Below, one piece after another: positions 24,107 to 36,680 of a stretch of 64,000 bases of DNA. The stretch comes from Chrysemys picta bellii. Lineage: Eukaryota. The stretch lies in the NCBI RefSeq assembly GCF_011386835.1, contig NC_088807.1:19344001-19408000 (forward strand), in the 5' to 3' direction. The translations under genes and the position numbers were made by a program. Numbering within the stretch: position 1 is the first letter of the stretch; the number at the start of each line of letters is the position of its first letter. The notes below the pieces were generated by a model. The model was not told the DNA's origin and searched no databases. It saw only the letters and a program-made list of their open reading frames with translations.

Positions 24107-27100
24107 GTGAGTGGTTCTTGCTCCCTTGATCTCTGCTTTCCCCAGGCACCCACCAGGTTATGGGGCAGCAATTTTTTGGAGGTGGTTGAGCCGCATTTTG
24201 TGGGGGGTGGCTGCCTGAGCCCCCTTAATGGGGTGGGGCTGCTAGCAAGGGCTTATGGGGCAGGCAGCTCCATTATCGATAATAACAGCAGGTTTGGTTG
24301 GGTTTTTACTAGGGTCTGGTTGCAATTTGGGGTAGGGTGCACAAGGCATGGAAATTGGGTGGGTCCCATTAGCCCTTTAAGGTTGAAATAAAGGGCCTAC
24401 CCTTGGGGGGGGCAACTGCATTCAGGGAGTCATTAGCCAAAAGCAATGGCTGTGGTTAGAAATAACAGGGGCTACAATTCGCTTAAGATCCAATGGGTAC
24501 ATTTGGTGCATTAGGAAGAATAGAACAAACAGGATATTTAATGGGGCGAGATTGGGGCACCTGGTTCTTTAAAAGCTGTAGCCGGTGCTTATTTAAAAGG
24601 AAATACTTCAGTAGGCCCTAAACTTGGGGTGAAAGTTGACGGTTTTCTTTTCATGTGCCTCGTTGTTTATTAAACAGCTGCTTTTTAAAAATGTAGGTGA
24701 CAATTGGCGCCAATATTAGAGGGAGGTGAAAGGTGGCTGTGTATTTTTCTGGGTTATCGATAAAGGCTGCCTTTTTTAAAAAAGTATGTAGATTTAATTG
24801 GGTCTGACAGTCGTCAGAGGTGGGACTAATTTTTGCTGCCTCCCTTATTATCGATCATACTAAAAGTGGCTCCTAAGCTCTGTAGAGTTTTTTAAATCTC
24901 TGGGTAACCTGACAACCACGTGGCCTTTCAAAATATCTTCTCTGTTGGGTGCCGCTGTGGGAACAAGAAATGGTGTTCTAATTTGCTTAGCTCTGTATTG
25001 CATGCTATTTGTAAGGAGGATCTGAACGTGTGGCAGGTACGTATGGATCTCTGTGTGTCTTGTCTGCCGGGCGATGGTTCATCCCTGGAAAGGACTGGAC
25101 AAAAAGCGATCTGCATGTATGAATTTCTTCTACACAAGACCAGTGACTTTCCAGACTTACCCCTGTTTTTTTGGACAGCGAGGGATCTGCATGGATGATT
25201 GTCTTATACAGGCCTTGCACGATCCTGGTGACTTGTCCTAGTAACTTTTGAGTGTAAAATTATTATTTTCATGATGGGTGTTTGGGGGGGGGGGGGGGTG
25301 GGAAAAGCTGAGGGACCAGCAGTTACTAGCTCAGCTGGTTGGTTTGAGGCAACGATAAACTGGGCTAGTTAGCCTTGTGGCTGGGCTAGTGGTTTTTGAT
25401 GCTGATCTTGCATGGTTTAAGAATACCTGGTAGAAAAAGTTTTTGGTGGCTGGCTGGAATGTGCCATGGGTCGGGCTGTCAGATTCTAGGGCAGGTATGA
25501 AGGGTCTTATGCCTCCATGGGGGCGCTTATTTCCTGCTTTTCAGATCATCTGCTCATTAACGTTTAGCTCTTCCTCAGCCTATGTTTCACCCCCCCACCC
25601 CCACCCCAGATCTTGTTGCCAGCAAAGGCCGGGACTTCTCAAAAGCATGTAGTTGTTTTCGGATGCCTGATTTATGTTGCTTTTACCTTCCCACGGGAAA
25701 ACCAAGAGCCCCTTTTTTGCGAGGGTGGGGGGGCTCGAACCGGGCACCTCCCGATGCCTAGCCACTTTTGAAAAGCCGCGGCCTAATTTTGAACAGGCCT
25801 CCGGTGTGAAACTGGCCCACGGAGAACGTTGTAGAGGTGGCTGCCGCGTCATTTCTTCCCTGGGCATAGCCCCTGGAGCAGATGCAGCGTGTGTTCTAAA
25901 AATGTCTCTGTGCAGCACCGCAGCGAGGAACTGTCTGCGCCGGGTAATAATGGCTCAGGCCGGGCGGACAGTCCCAGGCTGGCTTGGAGGAGGGCTTGGA
26001 TTGCATATTGGTTGTGTAGCTTCATCTCTGGATCCTTTCGGTCACCTGCCACGTACCATGGAGCAAAGCTCTTTAAGGGATCCCCCCCCTGTTTTATCGG
26101 CAGCAGGGCCTAGCGCCCGCCGGTGTCTCTGTGCTTTGCAGGGTTAACCAGGGATCCGGGCTGGTGGCTTTTGGAGCGTTGTGGGCCTGGAGGGATCTGC
26201 CTTAGGGAAGTCCTGTTTACAGGCCTGGCCTGCCTTGACCACACTCTCCTCCTTTAGCTGGAGCTTCCTGGCTTTGTAGCGCCTTTGTATTTACCTTTTA
26301 GAGGCTGGGTCAAGGAGGCAGCTTCTAACCAATCTGCTGCCTCCTATCCCAGGACACTCTTGCTGCTGGCTTCTTAGTTCCTCTCTTTGGAGGCCAATGC
26401 CATGTCCCAGGCTGGTTGTAAGGGGTGGGGGGTGTAAAACTGACTTGGTTTGAGATTGGGGGCAGGGAAGGTACTCGGGGGTCCCCTTGAGCTGCTCTGG
26501 GGCACTGAGCCTGTAGTGTGTGTCTGGCCCTCATGTGCTAATCCAGGAGTGCCTGCGAGTCATCCCCATCTGATGTCTGCTGGGCTGTCCTCTCTGGCAT
26601 GACCTGAGTTAGTGAGTCTCAATCGGTGTTCCCTCCAAGGTACCAAAAAAACAGGACCTCGGGGAGTGACCCTGAGCCCATAATGCTGGACGGCCAGCTG
26701 GGCACCCTTAAAGATTTCCCAGGGCAGCTCGATCTGAGGCTCATGGCCTGGGGTGCATGGTCAGCAGACCCTGCTGTCTCTTCTGTGAAGCTGCATCTGA
26801 TCTGGGGTAGCCGTTTGCCGGGGCTAAATCCGCACCTTCCCCCGGATATGGGATTTTCAGTGGCTCTGGGGCTGGTTCTAGCCTCTTCTGAAGCTTGTCC
26901 TGGCTTGCGAAGCATCCCATAACCCCGGCAGAGACCTTGAAGGGGCTGACACCAAAATCCACCTCCCTTGAGCACTCCAGCATCTTCAGAAACCTGGCTT
27001 GGCCTTTGGAAACTGAGCCTCGCTTGAGGAATGCAAGTAGCAGGGCCTTCCTCCCCCCCCCAAAAAAATCTTGTAGTGTCCTGTGTCCCTAGCACAATGG

Positions 27101-28028
27101 GGGCCTCATCCTTGTTAGTACGGGGGGGGGGGCATCTTTGTATCTGTCTCTAGCTGGTCAATATCTTTGAAGGCCCCCTGCCAACGTTTAGCTGCTACAG
27201 GGTTTCAGGGGGAGAGGAGGCCTGCAGACTCAGGAAGATGCTGCTGCTTGATAGTGTGGGTGTGACAAACTGAACTGAACCCCCCTAGAGAGTCTTTCTC
27301 TGGGGGGGGGGGGGGAATTTTGCTCTGCCACTTCTGGGGATGAATCCCGGGCATCAGATTCCAACTGATCCCCATGGACCAGCCTCGGTAAAGCCAATCT
27401 GCGTCCCCGGCTGGTGCCCGCTGGTTTGGGGGGAGATCCCAAGACAGGATTTTGGGGGGGGGGGAAATCAGTGGGTGGCTGAAGCTGATGGACAGCCTCT
27501 CCTTTTAATCTCTCTCTCTCTCTGGGTTTCATCTTCACCAGAACCACTCGCTGCCTCTTCCCCGGTCCCGTGACTCGGTGTGAACGGTGCTTCCCTCTTG
27601 CACCAAGTGGGGCAGGGGGCTGAATTAATGGGTGACCTAGAGGGGCCCTAAGATAGCTTGGGGCAGGGGGCCGCACCGGAGCCGATTGCAGACGCTCAAG
27701 TCTGCGCTGCACTTCTTACCATCTAGGGATGCGAGATCTCGGGGCTTAAAGCCAACCTGGACCAGGTGGTGAGAACGCTGGGAAGGGAGGCTGTGGGCCC
27801 GGAAGGGGGCACTCTCCTCTGTCGGTGCTGACCCCAATGCCCCATTGTGCCCGTCCCTGGCACGCTTGGTCCCTGCTTTCCGGGCGTGTGCGATTCTAGA
27901 GTCCGTCAGGCACATCCGCCGGAGCGTAACTGCTGGGCCCCGCTGGTGGGGGTGGGCAGGGGGTGGGCCCCCCCCCGGAGCAGGTTATCACTTGGTCTGT
28001 GACGCGCCTGTGTCCCTCTCTCCTGCAG

Positions 28029-28176
28029 AACTCGAACGTGGAAAACCTGCCGCCCCACGTCATCCGGCTGGTCTACAAGGAGGTCTCCACCCTGACGTCG
28101 GACCCGCCAGAGGGCATCAAGGTCTTCCCCAACGAGGAGGACATCACAGACGTCCAGGTCACCATCGAAGGACCTG
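28029..28176 (+). CDS. UBE2S: UBE2S exon ([19 protein letters not shown]...VTIEGP)
   Basis: 148 nt, ctgcag|...|gtgaga; diagnostic UBE2S N-terminus. Confidence 0.97.
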
Positions 28177-28676
28177 GTGAGATGGGGGTGTGGCTGGCTG
28201 TGTGGGGGCGTGGCTAGTGCCGGTAAGGGGGCGTGGCTTTCATCTGGGGCCTCCCCCCTTGCTAGCTGCCACCTCCCCCACTGTGTTTAATCATTCTGCT
28301 CCTGCCTGAGGCTGGAGGAGTCGGCCTCGTCCCTGAAGAGGGCGCTGTGATTCCTGCTCTGACCCCAGTGTGTCACTGGGGCTGCTGTGCTGGGCGCTCA
28401 GTGGGGGCGCTGTGCTGTAGGGAGCCTGGGGGGCCTCAGGGCAAGCACACACCCTGCCCCCGGCACAGATAGGGCCTTCCTGGGACACGGGGGCCATTCA
28501 TTAAGGTCCCTCCCCAGCCGTGACTTGCTGTCATCTTCCCCTGCAGTCCGGTGCCCCCAGCCTCATGGGGCTGGTCCCCTCCCAGGGGCAAGTTGGGGGT
28601 GGGGATGTATCCCCTGGAGGTGGGGGGCTGGTGCGTGGGAGTGGATCCCTTCTCACCCGCTTTGCTCCCTTGGCAG

Positions 28677-28867
28677 AGGGGACACCCTATGCCGGGGGCG
28701 TCTTCCGCATGAAGCTCATCCTGGGCAAGGATTTCCCGGCTGCGCCGCCCAAGGGCTACTTCCTCACCAAGATCTTCCACCCCAACGTGGGCGCCAACGG
28801 CGAGATCTGCGTCAACGTCCTCAAGAAAGACTGGAAGGCAGAGCTGGGCATTAAGCATGTGCTGCTG
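28677..28867 (+). CDS. UBE2S: UBE2S exon with the catalytic Cys ([10 protein letters not shown]...[19 protein letters not shown]...HVLL)
   Basis: 191 nt, ggcag|...|gtaagc; UBC fold HPN...ICVNVL. The final exon is not seen. Confidence 0.97.
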
Positions 28868-30158
28868 GTAAGCGGAGGGCTCAGCAGGGGGCGCTCTCCC
28901 CTGGCAGGCAGGGCTGGCCCCAGGGTGACACTAGGGGGCGCTGTGCTGCAGGGCCAGGGCTCAGCAGGGGGCGCTCTCCCCTGGCAGGCAGGGCTGGCCC
29001 TAGGGGGCGCTGTGCTTTAGGAGTTGATCTTTCAGATGAGGGGGGAACCCAAGCTCTGGGTAGAAGGTCATCAAAGGGGAGCCTCAGGGGTCACCAAACC
29101 CAGTATTTGCTACAGCTGTTGAAGCAGCCTCATGGGGGAGGGACGGGGGGACGCGGGGGCTGGGTACACGGGGACCCCTCACCCAGAGCTGGGATGCGGC
29201 CCCTCTGGGGTGGGATGAGGGGGCTGAGTATACGGGGACCCCTCACCCAGCACTGAGAGGTGGCTGCTCTGGGGTGGGGCAGGGGGGTTGGTTATACTGG
29301 GGCCCCTCACTCGGCACAGCAACCCCGGGTCAGGGCAGTGCAGAATCCTGCCTCTGAAGCTGCAGGGAACTTTGGAGAGCACAATCTGATCACCCTACAG
29401 GCCTCCCCCACCCCCTTATCCCCAAAGACCTGATACACCAGGATGGGTTTCCATCAGCACAGCACCCCCTGGTGCGAGCTCCCCTGGCTGTCTGTCCCCA
29501 AAAAGGATTGGCCGCTAGTCACAGAGCTGCGCCGAGTGGGTTAAACGTCCCGCTGCCCGGCCGGGAGTTTTCCTAGCTAGGACGACTGGAGGCTTTAAAA
29601 CCTTAAAGGGACCCTCTGTCTGAAACGCTGCATGAGCTCACGGCATCCCCCGGGGCGATCCCTCCAGCCCCCTGCGTTTCAGGGTCTCCCACGGTCCCCC
29701 TCCCTCACGGCAGGGGCTCTGGGTGTCCCATTCCCCCTGTGCTCCCCGATGGCTCCTCCTTTTCCCCCTTCCCATTTTCTAGCTTCCCTTTGGCTTCTAG
29801 CGTGTTAGACATCCCATCCCATCCCCCCATGGAGTCATGTCCACCTTTGCTCGTCCAATTACACAGACGACCAAAGATGCGTGTTCAGCGGGTCCCTGCC
29901 ACCAGGTTATCTGAGCACCTCGATATAGTTACATCCGCAGCTGGGATGGTGGCAGAATGCTTCCTTCCGGGGAGGGAATAACCCATCTGGGCTGGTGTAG
30001 CTCTGCTGGTCGTCTCTGCAGCATAGACATACCTTCAGTCTGTGCCTCGGTTTCCCCGCGTACAACGGGGATAGCTGCCCTCCCCTGCCTCTCGGGGGGG
30101 GGGGGGGCGGGGCGCTGGGAGGATAAATCCTAAGGCGGTGATGGCCAGATGAGCCCCT

Positions 30159-30658
30159 NNNNNNNNNNNNNNNNNNNNNNNNNNNNNNNNNNNNNNNNNN
30201 NNNNNNNNNNNNNNNNNNNNNNNNNNNNNNNNNNNNNNNNNNNNNNNNNNNNNNNNNNNNNNNNNNNNNNNNNNNNNNNNNNNNNNNNNNNNNNNNNNNN
30301 NNNNNNNNNNNNNNNNNNNNNNNNNNNNNNNNNNNNNNNNNNNNNNNNNNNNNNNNNNNNNNNNNNNNNNNNNNNNNNNNNNNNNNNNNNNNNNNNNNNN
30401 NNNNNNNNNNNNNNNNNNNNNNNNNNNNNNNNNNNNNNNNNNNNNNNNNNNNNNNNNNNNNNNNNNNNNNNNNNNNNNNNNNNNNNNNNNNNNNNNNNNN
30501 NNNNNNNNNNNNNNNNNNNNNNNNNNNNNNNNNNNNNNNNNNNNNNNNNNNNNNNNNNNNNNNNNNNNNNNNNNNNNNNNNNNNNNNNNNNNNNNNNNNN
30601 NNNNNNNNNNNNNNNNNNNNNNNNNNNNNNNNNNNNNNNNNNNNNNNNNNNNNNNNNN
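30159..30658. other. Assembly gap (500 N), probable location of the UBE2S last exon
   Basis: No TIKCLLIHPNPESALN-type sequence is found between 28868 and the visinin gene. Confidence 0.85.
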
Positions 30659-30970
30659 CCATGATGCACCGTGGCTTCCTCAAATGGCTCAGCTGCTGCA
30701 GTGCCTCATGGGAGTTGTAGTTCAGTGACCCTGATACCCCCATTTTTCCCTAAGGGCTGCTCCCTGGCGGGAGTCCAACTCCCATGATGCACTGTGGCCT
30801 CCTCCCTTCGCTCAGCTGCTGCAGTGCCTCATGGGAGTTGTAGTTCTGTGGTCTCTAATGTCCCCATTCCTGCCGTAGGCCCCGTTCCCTCAGCTGGACT
30901 CCATCTCCCATGATGCACCGTTACCTCCATCATGAGATGGGTGGATTTTCCATCACCTGGCGTCTTCACA

Positions 30971-31159
30971 TAGGGTGACCAGACGTCCTGATAAAATTGG
31001 GACCGTCCCGATTTTGAGCTGTTTGTCCCGCGTCCCGACCGATCTCTGGTCGGGACACAATTTTTGTCCGATATTTTGCGCCACCGGGATCACTCGGGTT
31101 TTTTTTTGCCCCCCTCCCCCGGTGTCCTGATATTTTCTTCATCTCATCTGGTCACCTTA
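30971..31159. mobile_element. Non-autonomous hAT (Tip100-like) MITE
   Basis: TIRs TAGGGTGACCA / TGGTCACCTTA and a perfect 8-bp TSD TCTTCACA on both sides. Confidence 0.9.
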
Positions 31160-31416
31160 TCTTCACATCAGGACCAGATGTCGTTCTAACAGAGCCCCTC
31201 TAGCGCAGCCATCAGATCTGGGCTGGAAGCAGGCATAACTGAGTGCAAAGCTCTGGCCTGGGTTACAGGAAGACAGAAACAGCCAGACTGTGTCAGACCT
31301 GAGGCCCATCTACCCTGGTATTCCGGCACCAACAGTGGCCAGCACTGGCTGCGTCAGAGGACTCTAGGAACCCTGCAGAGGCAGATCTGGGCTAGAGGTT
31401 AGAGAATGGGATGGAC

Positions 31417-31900
31417 TGGGAGCCAGGACGCCTGGGTTCTATCCCTGGCTCTGGGAGGGGAGTGGGGGCAAGTGGTTAGAGCAGCGGGACTGGGAGCCAG
31501 GATGCCTGGGTTCTATCCCTGGCTCTGGGAGGGGAGTTTGGGCTAGTGGTTAGAGCAGCGGGACTGGGAGCCAGGACGCTGGGTTCTATCCCTGGCTCTG
31601 GGAGGGGAGTGGGGGCGAGTGGTTAGAGCAGCGGGACTGGGAGCCAGGACGCCTGGGTTCTATCCCTGGCTCTGGAGGGGAGTGGGGGCTAGTGGTTAGA
31701 GCAGCGGGGTTGGAGCCAGGACACCTGGGTTCTATCCCTGGCTCTGGGAGGGGAGTGGGGGCTAGTGGTTAGAGCAGCGGGACTGGGAGCCAGGACTCCT
31801 GGGGTCTATCCCTGGCTCTGGGAGGGGGCTGGGATCTAGTGGTAAGAGCAGGGGTGTGGGGGCTGTGAGCCAGGATTCCTGGGTTCTGTTTCCAGCTGGG
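31417..31900 (+). repeat. Tandem array of tRNA/SINE-like ~70-bp monomers (TAGTGGTTAGAGC...CTGGGAGCCAGGACTCCTGGGTTCTATCCC)
   Basis: A-box-like and B-box-like motifs in each unit; the same family is at 37640-37930, 43870-44105 and 52380-53250 (minus strand) and as scattered singles. Confidence 0.75.
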
Positions 31901-32521
31901 GGGGGTCACAAGGTGCAGAGCTTTACATGAGTGCTGGTACTCAGGAGCCCGGGGTCCCAGAGAGGTGTTTAGCTCCCTCGCTCCTCAGGACACTTCGACC
32001 CAGAGGCCTGCGGGAAGTGGAGCTCAGTGAGCTGTGGGTCCCCCCGAACCCATCTACTTGTGATGCTGTCCCCTTTCTGCCCCCCCCCCCCGCCATGATA
32101 CGGAGCCGTCCCCGTCCTGACAGATCAACCGTGACACTAATGCCGCTTTGCTGACAGATCTGACCCACCAAAGCCGATTGAGCATATGGCACAAGGCACA
32201 GAGCTATAATTAGTTGAGGCCCATTGTAATTAGCCACATGAAACAGCTCTGGGAGGGGAGTGGGGTCTAGTGGTTAGAGCGCGCGGGGGCGGGGGGGGCT
32301 GGGAGCCAGGACCCATCTCTCTACCCACCCCTATACAAACCCCTCTATCCACCCAATCCACCTTATCTATCTACCCCCAGCCACCCCCTCCATCTATCTT
32401 CATACACACCCAGCATCTCTTTATCTAGCTAAAGTTACAAAAAACCCTCCTGTGTTTTAAAAGAGCAAATTTGAGTGGGAATCAAAGTCAGGACTCCTGG
32501 GTTCTATCCTGGCTCTGGGAG

Positions 32522-32740
32522 GGGAGTTCTCAAACTGGGGGTCGGGACCTCTCAGGGGGTCGTGAGGTTATTACATGGGGGGGGGTGAGCTGTCAGCCTC
32601 CACCCCAAACCCCCGCTTTGCCTCCAGCATTTATAATGGTGTTAAATATATAAAACAGTGATTTTAATTTATGGGGGGTCGCACTCAGAGGCGTGTTATG
32701 TGAAAGGGGTCACCGGTACAAAAAGTTTGAGAACCCCTTG
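32522..32740. mobile_element. hAT/Charlie-like MITE
   Basis: Termini GTTCTCAAAC ... GTTTGAGAACCCCT are inverted repeats. Confidence 0.7.
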
Positions 32741-32801
32741 TCTAGTAGTTAGAGCAGGGGGGCTGGGAACAGGACTCTGGGTTCTCTCCCCAGCTCTGGG
32801 A

Positions 32802-33290
32802 GGTGTGACAGGATCCACGGGGTACAACCTGGAACTGGGGTACCGCTGTGCCCCCTTAACTCTCCAGCCTGGGCTGTGCTAGTGACACCAGCAAACCCCT
32901 CCAGGCGCTGTGATCACTCAGCACTACGGCATGTGGAGCCCCACACCCAGCTACATAGCATGAAACGCTCCCAGAGCCGCTCCCGAATCCCACCGAGACA
33001 GGCCCAGCCAAATCTCCCCGGCTCCCAGCCTGCACCCAGGGCTGCACCATCCTGCCGGGTCAGAAGCCTGGCGAGGCTGCCCCTCCCTCAATGCGGAGAG
33101 GACAATGCACCAGCCTTTGTAACCGGAGCTGAGATTCCCCCAAAACACACGGCGTTGGGGGAAATCGAAAACGGGAATTAACGACGGAACGCTGGATTTG
33201 AAGTGGTTATCAGTGGTGGGCACAACAGGTCAGAGAGAGTTACCAAAGAGAAGAAAAGCTCAGCGCCCAGGCTAAATCTTTAACCTTCTG
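32802..33290. mobile_element. Probable LTR-element fragment
   Basis: Begins TGTGACAGG; recalled similarity to turtle LTRs only, and the boundaries are uncertain. Confidence 0.35.
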
Positions 33291-33420
33291 ACACTAGCAG
33301 TGTTCCAAGCAAGCAATTCTCCCAGCCCACTGGGTGTGACCGTTCTTAATAGACAGGCCTCTCCCTTCAGCAGGGGGGCTGGGAGCCAGGACTCCTGGGC
33401 TCTCCAAGGGGACTGGGGTG

Positions 33421-33968
33421 GATANNNNNNNNNNNNNNNNNNNNNNNNNNNNNNNNNNNNNNNNNNNNNNNNNNNNNNNNNNNNNNNNNNNNNNNNNNNN
33501 NNNNNNNNNNNNNNNNNNNNNNNNNNNNNNNNNNNNNNNNNNNNNNNNNNNNNNNNNNNNNNNNNNNNNNNNNNNNNNNNNNNNNNNNNNNNNNNNNNNN
33601 NNNNNNNNNNNNNNNNNNNNNNNNNNNNNNNNNNNNNNNNNNNNNNNNNGATAGATNNNNNNNNNNNNNNNNNNNNNNNNNNNNNNNNNNNNNNNNNNNN
33701 NNNNNNNNNNNNNNNNNNNNNNNNNNNNNNNNNNNNNNNNNNNNNNNNNNNNNNNNNNNNNNNNNNNNNNNNNNNNNNNNNNNNNNNNNNNNNNNNNNNN
33801 NNNNNNNNNNNNNNNNNNNNNNNNNNNNNNNNNNNNNNNNNNNNNNNNNNNNNNNNNNNNNNNNNNNNNNNNNNNNNNNNNNNNATAGAGGATGTGGATT
33901 GGGATGGATAGATAAATAGATAGAGGGGGTGGATGGAGATAGATAGACAGACAGAGGGGGTGGGTTGG

Positions 33969-34035
<67 letters not shown>

Positions 34036-34123
34036 GGGGTCGATGGGGATAGATAGATAGATGAGGTGGATGTAGATAGATAGATTGATAAGGTGGATTG
34101 GGATAGATAGATAAGGTGTCTGG

Positions 34124-34211
<88 letters not shown>

Positions 34212-34305
34212 GGGGGATGGATGGGGATAAATAGAGATGTGGATTGGGATGGATAGATAAATAGATAGAGGGGGTGGATGGAGATAGACAGAGGGGGTGG
34301 ATTGG

Positions 34306-34342
<37 letters not shown>

Positions 34343-35330
34343 GGTGGCAGGGGGGAGATAGATATGGTGGATGGGGGTAGATAGAGGGGTTTGTTTAGGG
34401 GTGAGTCGATAGAGGGGGTGTTGGGGGAGATAGAGGGGTTTGTTTAGGGGTGGGTCGATAGAGGGGGTGGCTGGGGGAGATAGAGGGGTTTGTTTAGGGG
34501 TGGGTCGATAGAGGGGGTGGCTGGGGGGAGATAGAGGGGTTTGTTTAGGGGTGGGTCGATAGAGGGGGTGGCTGGGGGGAGATAGATATGGTGGATGGGG
34601 TAGATAGATGGGTTTGTTTAGGGGTGGGTTGATAGAGGGGGTGGCTGGGGGGAGATAGAGGGGTTTGTTTAGGGGTGGGTCGATAGAGGGGGTGGCTGGG
34701 GGGAGATAGAGGGTTTGTTTAGGGGTGGGTCGATAGAGGGGGTGGCTGGGGGGAGATAGATATGGTGGATGGGGTAGATAGATGGGTTTGTTTAGGGGTG
34801 GGTCGATAGAGGGGGTGGCTGGGGGGAGATAGATATGGTGGATGGGGGTAGATAGAGGGTTTGTTTAGGGGTGAGTCGATAGAAGGTGTGGCTGGGGGGA
34901 GATGGAGGGGTTGTTTAGGGTGGGTCGATAGAGGGGGTGGCTGGGGGGAGGTAGATATGGTGGATGGGGGTAGATAGAGGGGTTTGTTTAGGGGTGGGTC
35001 AATAGAGGGGGTGGCTGGGGTAGATAGATGGGTTTGTTTAGGGTGGGTTGATAGAGGGGGTGGCTGGGGGGAGATAGAGGGGTTTGTTTCAGGGGTGGGT
35101 CGATAGAGGGGGTGGCTGGGGGGAGATAGAGGGGTTTGTTTAGGGGTGGGTCGATAGAGGGGGGTGGCTGGGGGGAGATAGAGGCGTTTGTTTAGGGTGG
35201 GTCGATAGAGGGGGTGGCTGGGGGGAGATAGATATGGTGGCTGGGGGTAGATAGATGGGTTTGTTTAGGGTGGGTCGATAGAGGGGGTGGGCTGGGGGTA
35301 GCTGGGCTGGGGGGGGGTGATAACAGCTGT
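33421..35330. repeat. (GATA)n microsatellites, N gaps and a ~40-bp GGGTTTGTTTAGGGGTGGGTCGATAGAG minisatellite
   Basis: Directly visible. Confidence 0.9.
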
Positions 35331-35548
35331 GGGAGGAGACGAAGCAGGCATGGAGGTGTGCGCACAAGGGCAGCGGCCGACAATACACCAAGTGGCTCAG
35401 AGCTGCCAATCTCCCTTTAATAGCGCTAAAGAGCTTCTCATCCCCTGGCCGAAAATGTGATCAGTGCTCCTGAAATAGCCTCGTGTGTGTGTGTCCCCGG
35501 GGGGGGGAGGGGGTGTCTATCAGAGCCCCCCCACCTACCCAGAAAGTC

Positions 35549-35556
35549 TATATAAG
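35549..35556 (+). promoter_or_regulatory. TATA box of visinin
   Basis: TATATAAG ~210 nt upstream of the ATG, followed by a GC-rich leader with short repeats. Confidence 0.65.
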
Positions 35557-35761
35557 CAGGGAAGTGCGAGGGCTCGGGAGAGAGGAGACGGAGCCAGGGA
35601 ATCAACCTCCAAGTGCCAGGGATCTGAGCGGAGGCTCGGGCGCTAGGCACGGGGATCAGGGCGAAGGATCGCGCTAGGCCGGGGATCAGGGCGGAGGCTC
35701 GGGGCGCTAGGCCGGGATCAGGGGCGCTAGGCCGGGGCTCGGAGCGGAGGCTCGGGGCGCC

Positions 35762-36141
35762 ATGGGGAACAGTAAAAGCGGGGCGCTGTCCAAGGAGATT
35801 CTGGAGGACCTGAAGCTCAACACCAAGTACTCGGAGGATGAGCTGTGCAAGTGGTACGAAAGCTTCCAGAAGCAGTGCCCGGACGGGCGCATCAGCCGGG
35901 CCGAGTTCGAGAAGATCTACGGCAACTTCTTCCCAACTCGGACCCCAAGGTCTACGCCCGGCACGTCTTCCGCAGCTTCGACACCAACGACGACGGGACG
36001 CTGGACTTCCGGGAGTACATCATCGCCCTGCACCTCACCTCCTCCGGCAAGACCAACCTCAAGCTGGAGTGGGCCTTCTCCCTCTTCGACGTCGACCGCA
36101 ACGGCGAGATCAGCAAGAGCGAGGTGCTGGAGATCATCACG
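35762..36141 (+). CDS. RCVRN-like: Visinin (recoverin paralogue) exon 1; one base missing at ~35930
   Basis: [12 protein letters not shown] myristoylation motif; EF-hand loops [12 protein letters not shown] and [12 protein letters not shown]. The exon is 380 nt versus the expected 381; adding one C in TTCTTCCC restores FFPNSDP. Confidence 0.95.
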
Positions 36142-36159
36142 GTGAGTCCGGGGCAAGGG

Positions 36160-36680
36160 GTGTGTGCTGTGAGCTTCCTCGCTGCAGTGCCCTGAGGGAG
36201 TGCTGTGAGCCTCCTCACGGCAGTGCCCTGAGGGAGTGCTGCAAGCTTCCCCACAGCAGTGCCCTGAGGGGGTGATGCGAGCCTCCTCACGGCAGTGCCC
36301 TGAGGGAGTGCTGCGAGCCTCCTCATGGCCGTGTCCTGAGGGAGTGCTGCAAGCTTCCCCACAGCAGTGCCCTGAGGGGGTGATGCGAGCTTCCCCACAG
36401 CAGTGCCTTGAGGGGGTGCTGTGAGGTTCCCCGCAGCAGTGCCCTGAGGTGGTGCTGCGAGCTTCCCCACAGCAGTGCCCTAATGGGGTGCTGTGAGCTT
36501 CCCCACAGCAGTGACCTGAGGGGGTGCTGCGAGCTTCCCCACAGCAGTGCCCTGGGGATGGGAAAACAATGTGAGTGCTCCCGCAGCAGTGTCTTGTAGG
36601 AATTTCAGCCCCAGAAGGGCGGGCGGGGGGGGAACAAGGCGTGCTGCAAGCTTCCTTCCCAGCAGTGCCCTGGGGAGGGG
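36160..36680. repeat. ~39-bp minisatellite (GAGCTTCCCCACAGCAGTGCCCTGAGGG)
   Basis: Direct tandem units starting just after the exon 1 donor. Confidence 0.85.

Noticed and set aside
24900-27900. Short ORFs and possible snoRNAs in UBE2S intron 1
   Set aside because: No recognisable domains, box pairs or convincing exon boundaries.
35762-36141. Visinin, SHISA7, RPL28 and GSG1-like as pseudogenes
   Set aside because: Only homopolymer 1-nt indels, intact splice sites and conserved proteins; best explained as assembly errors.
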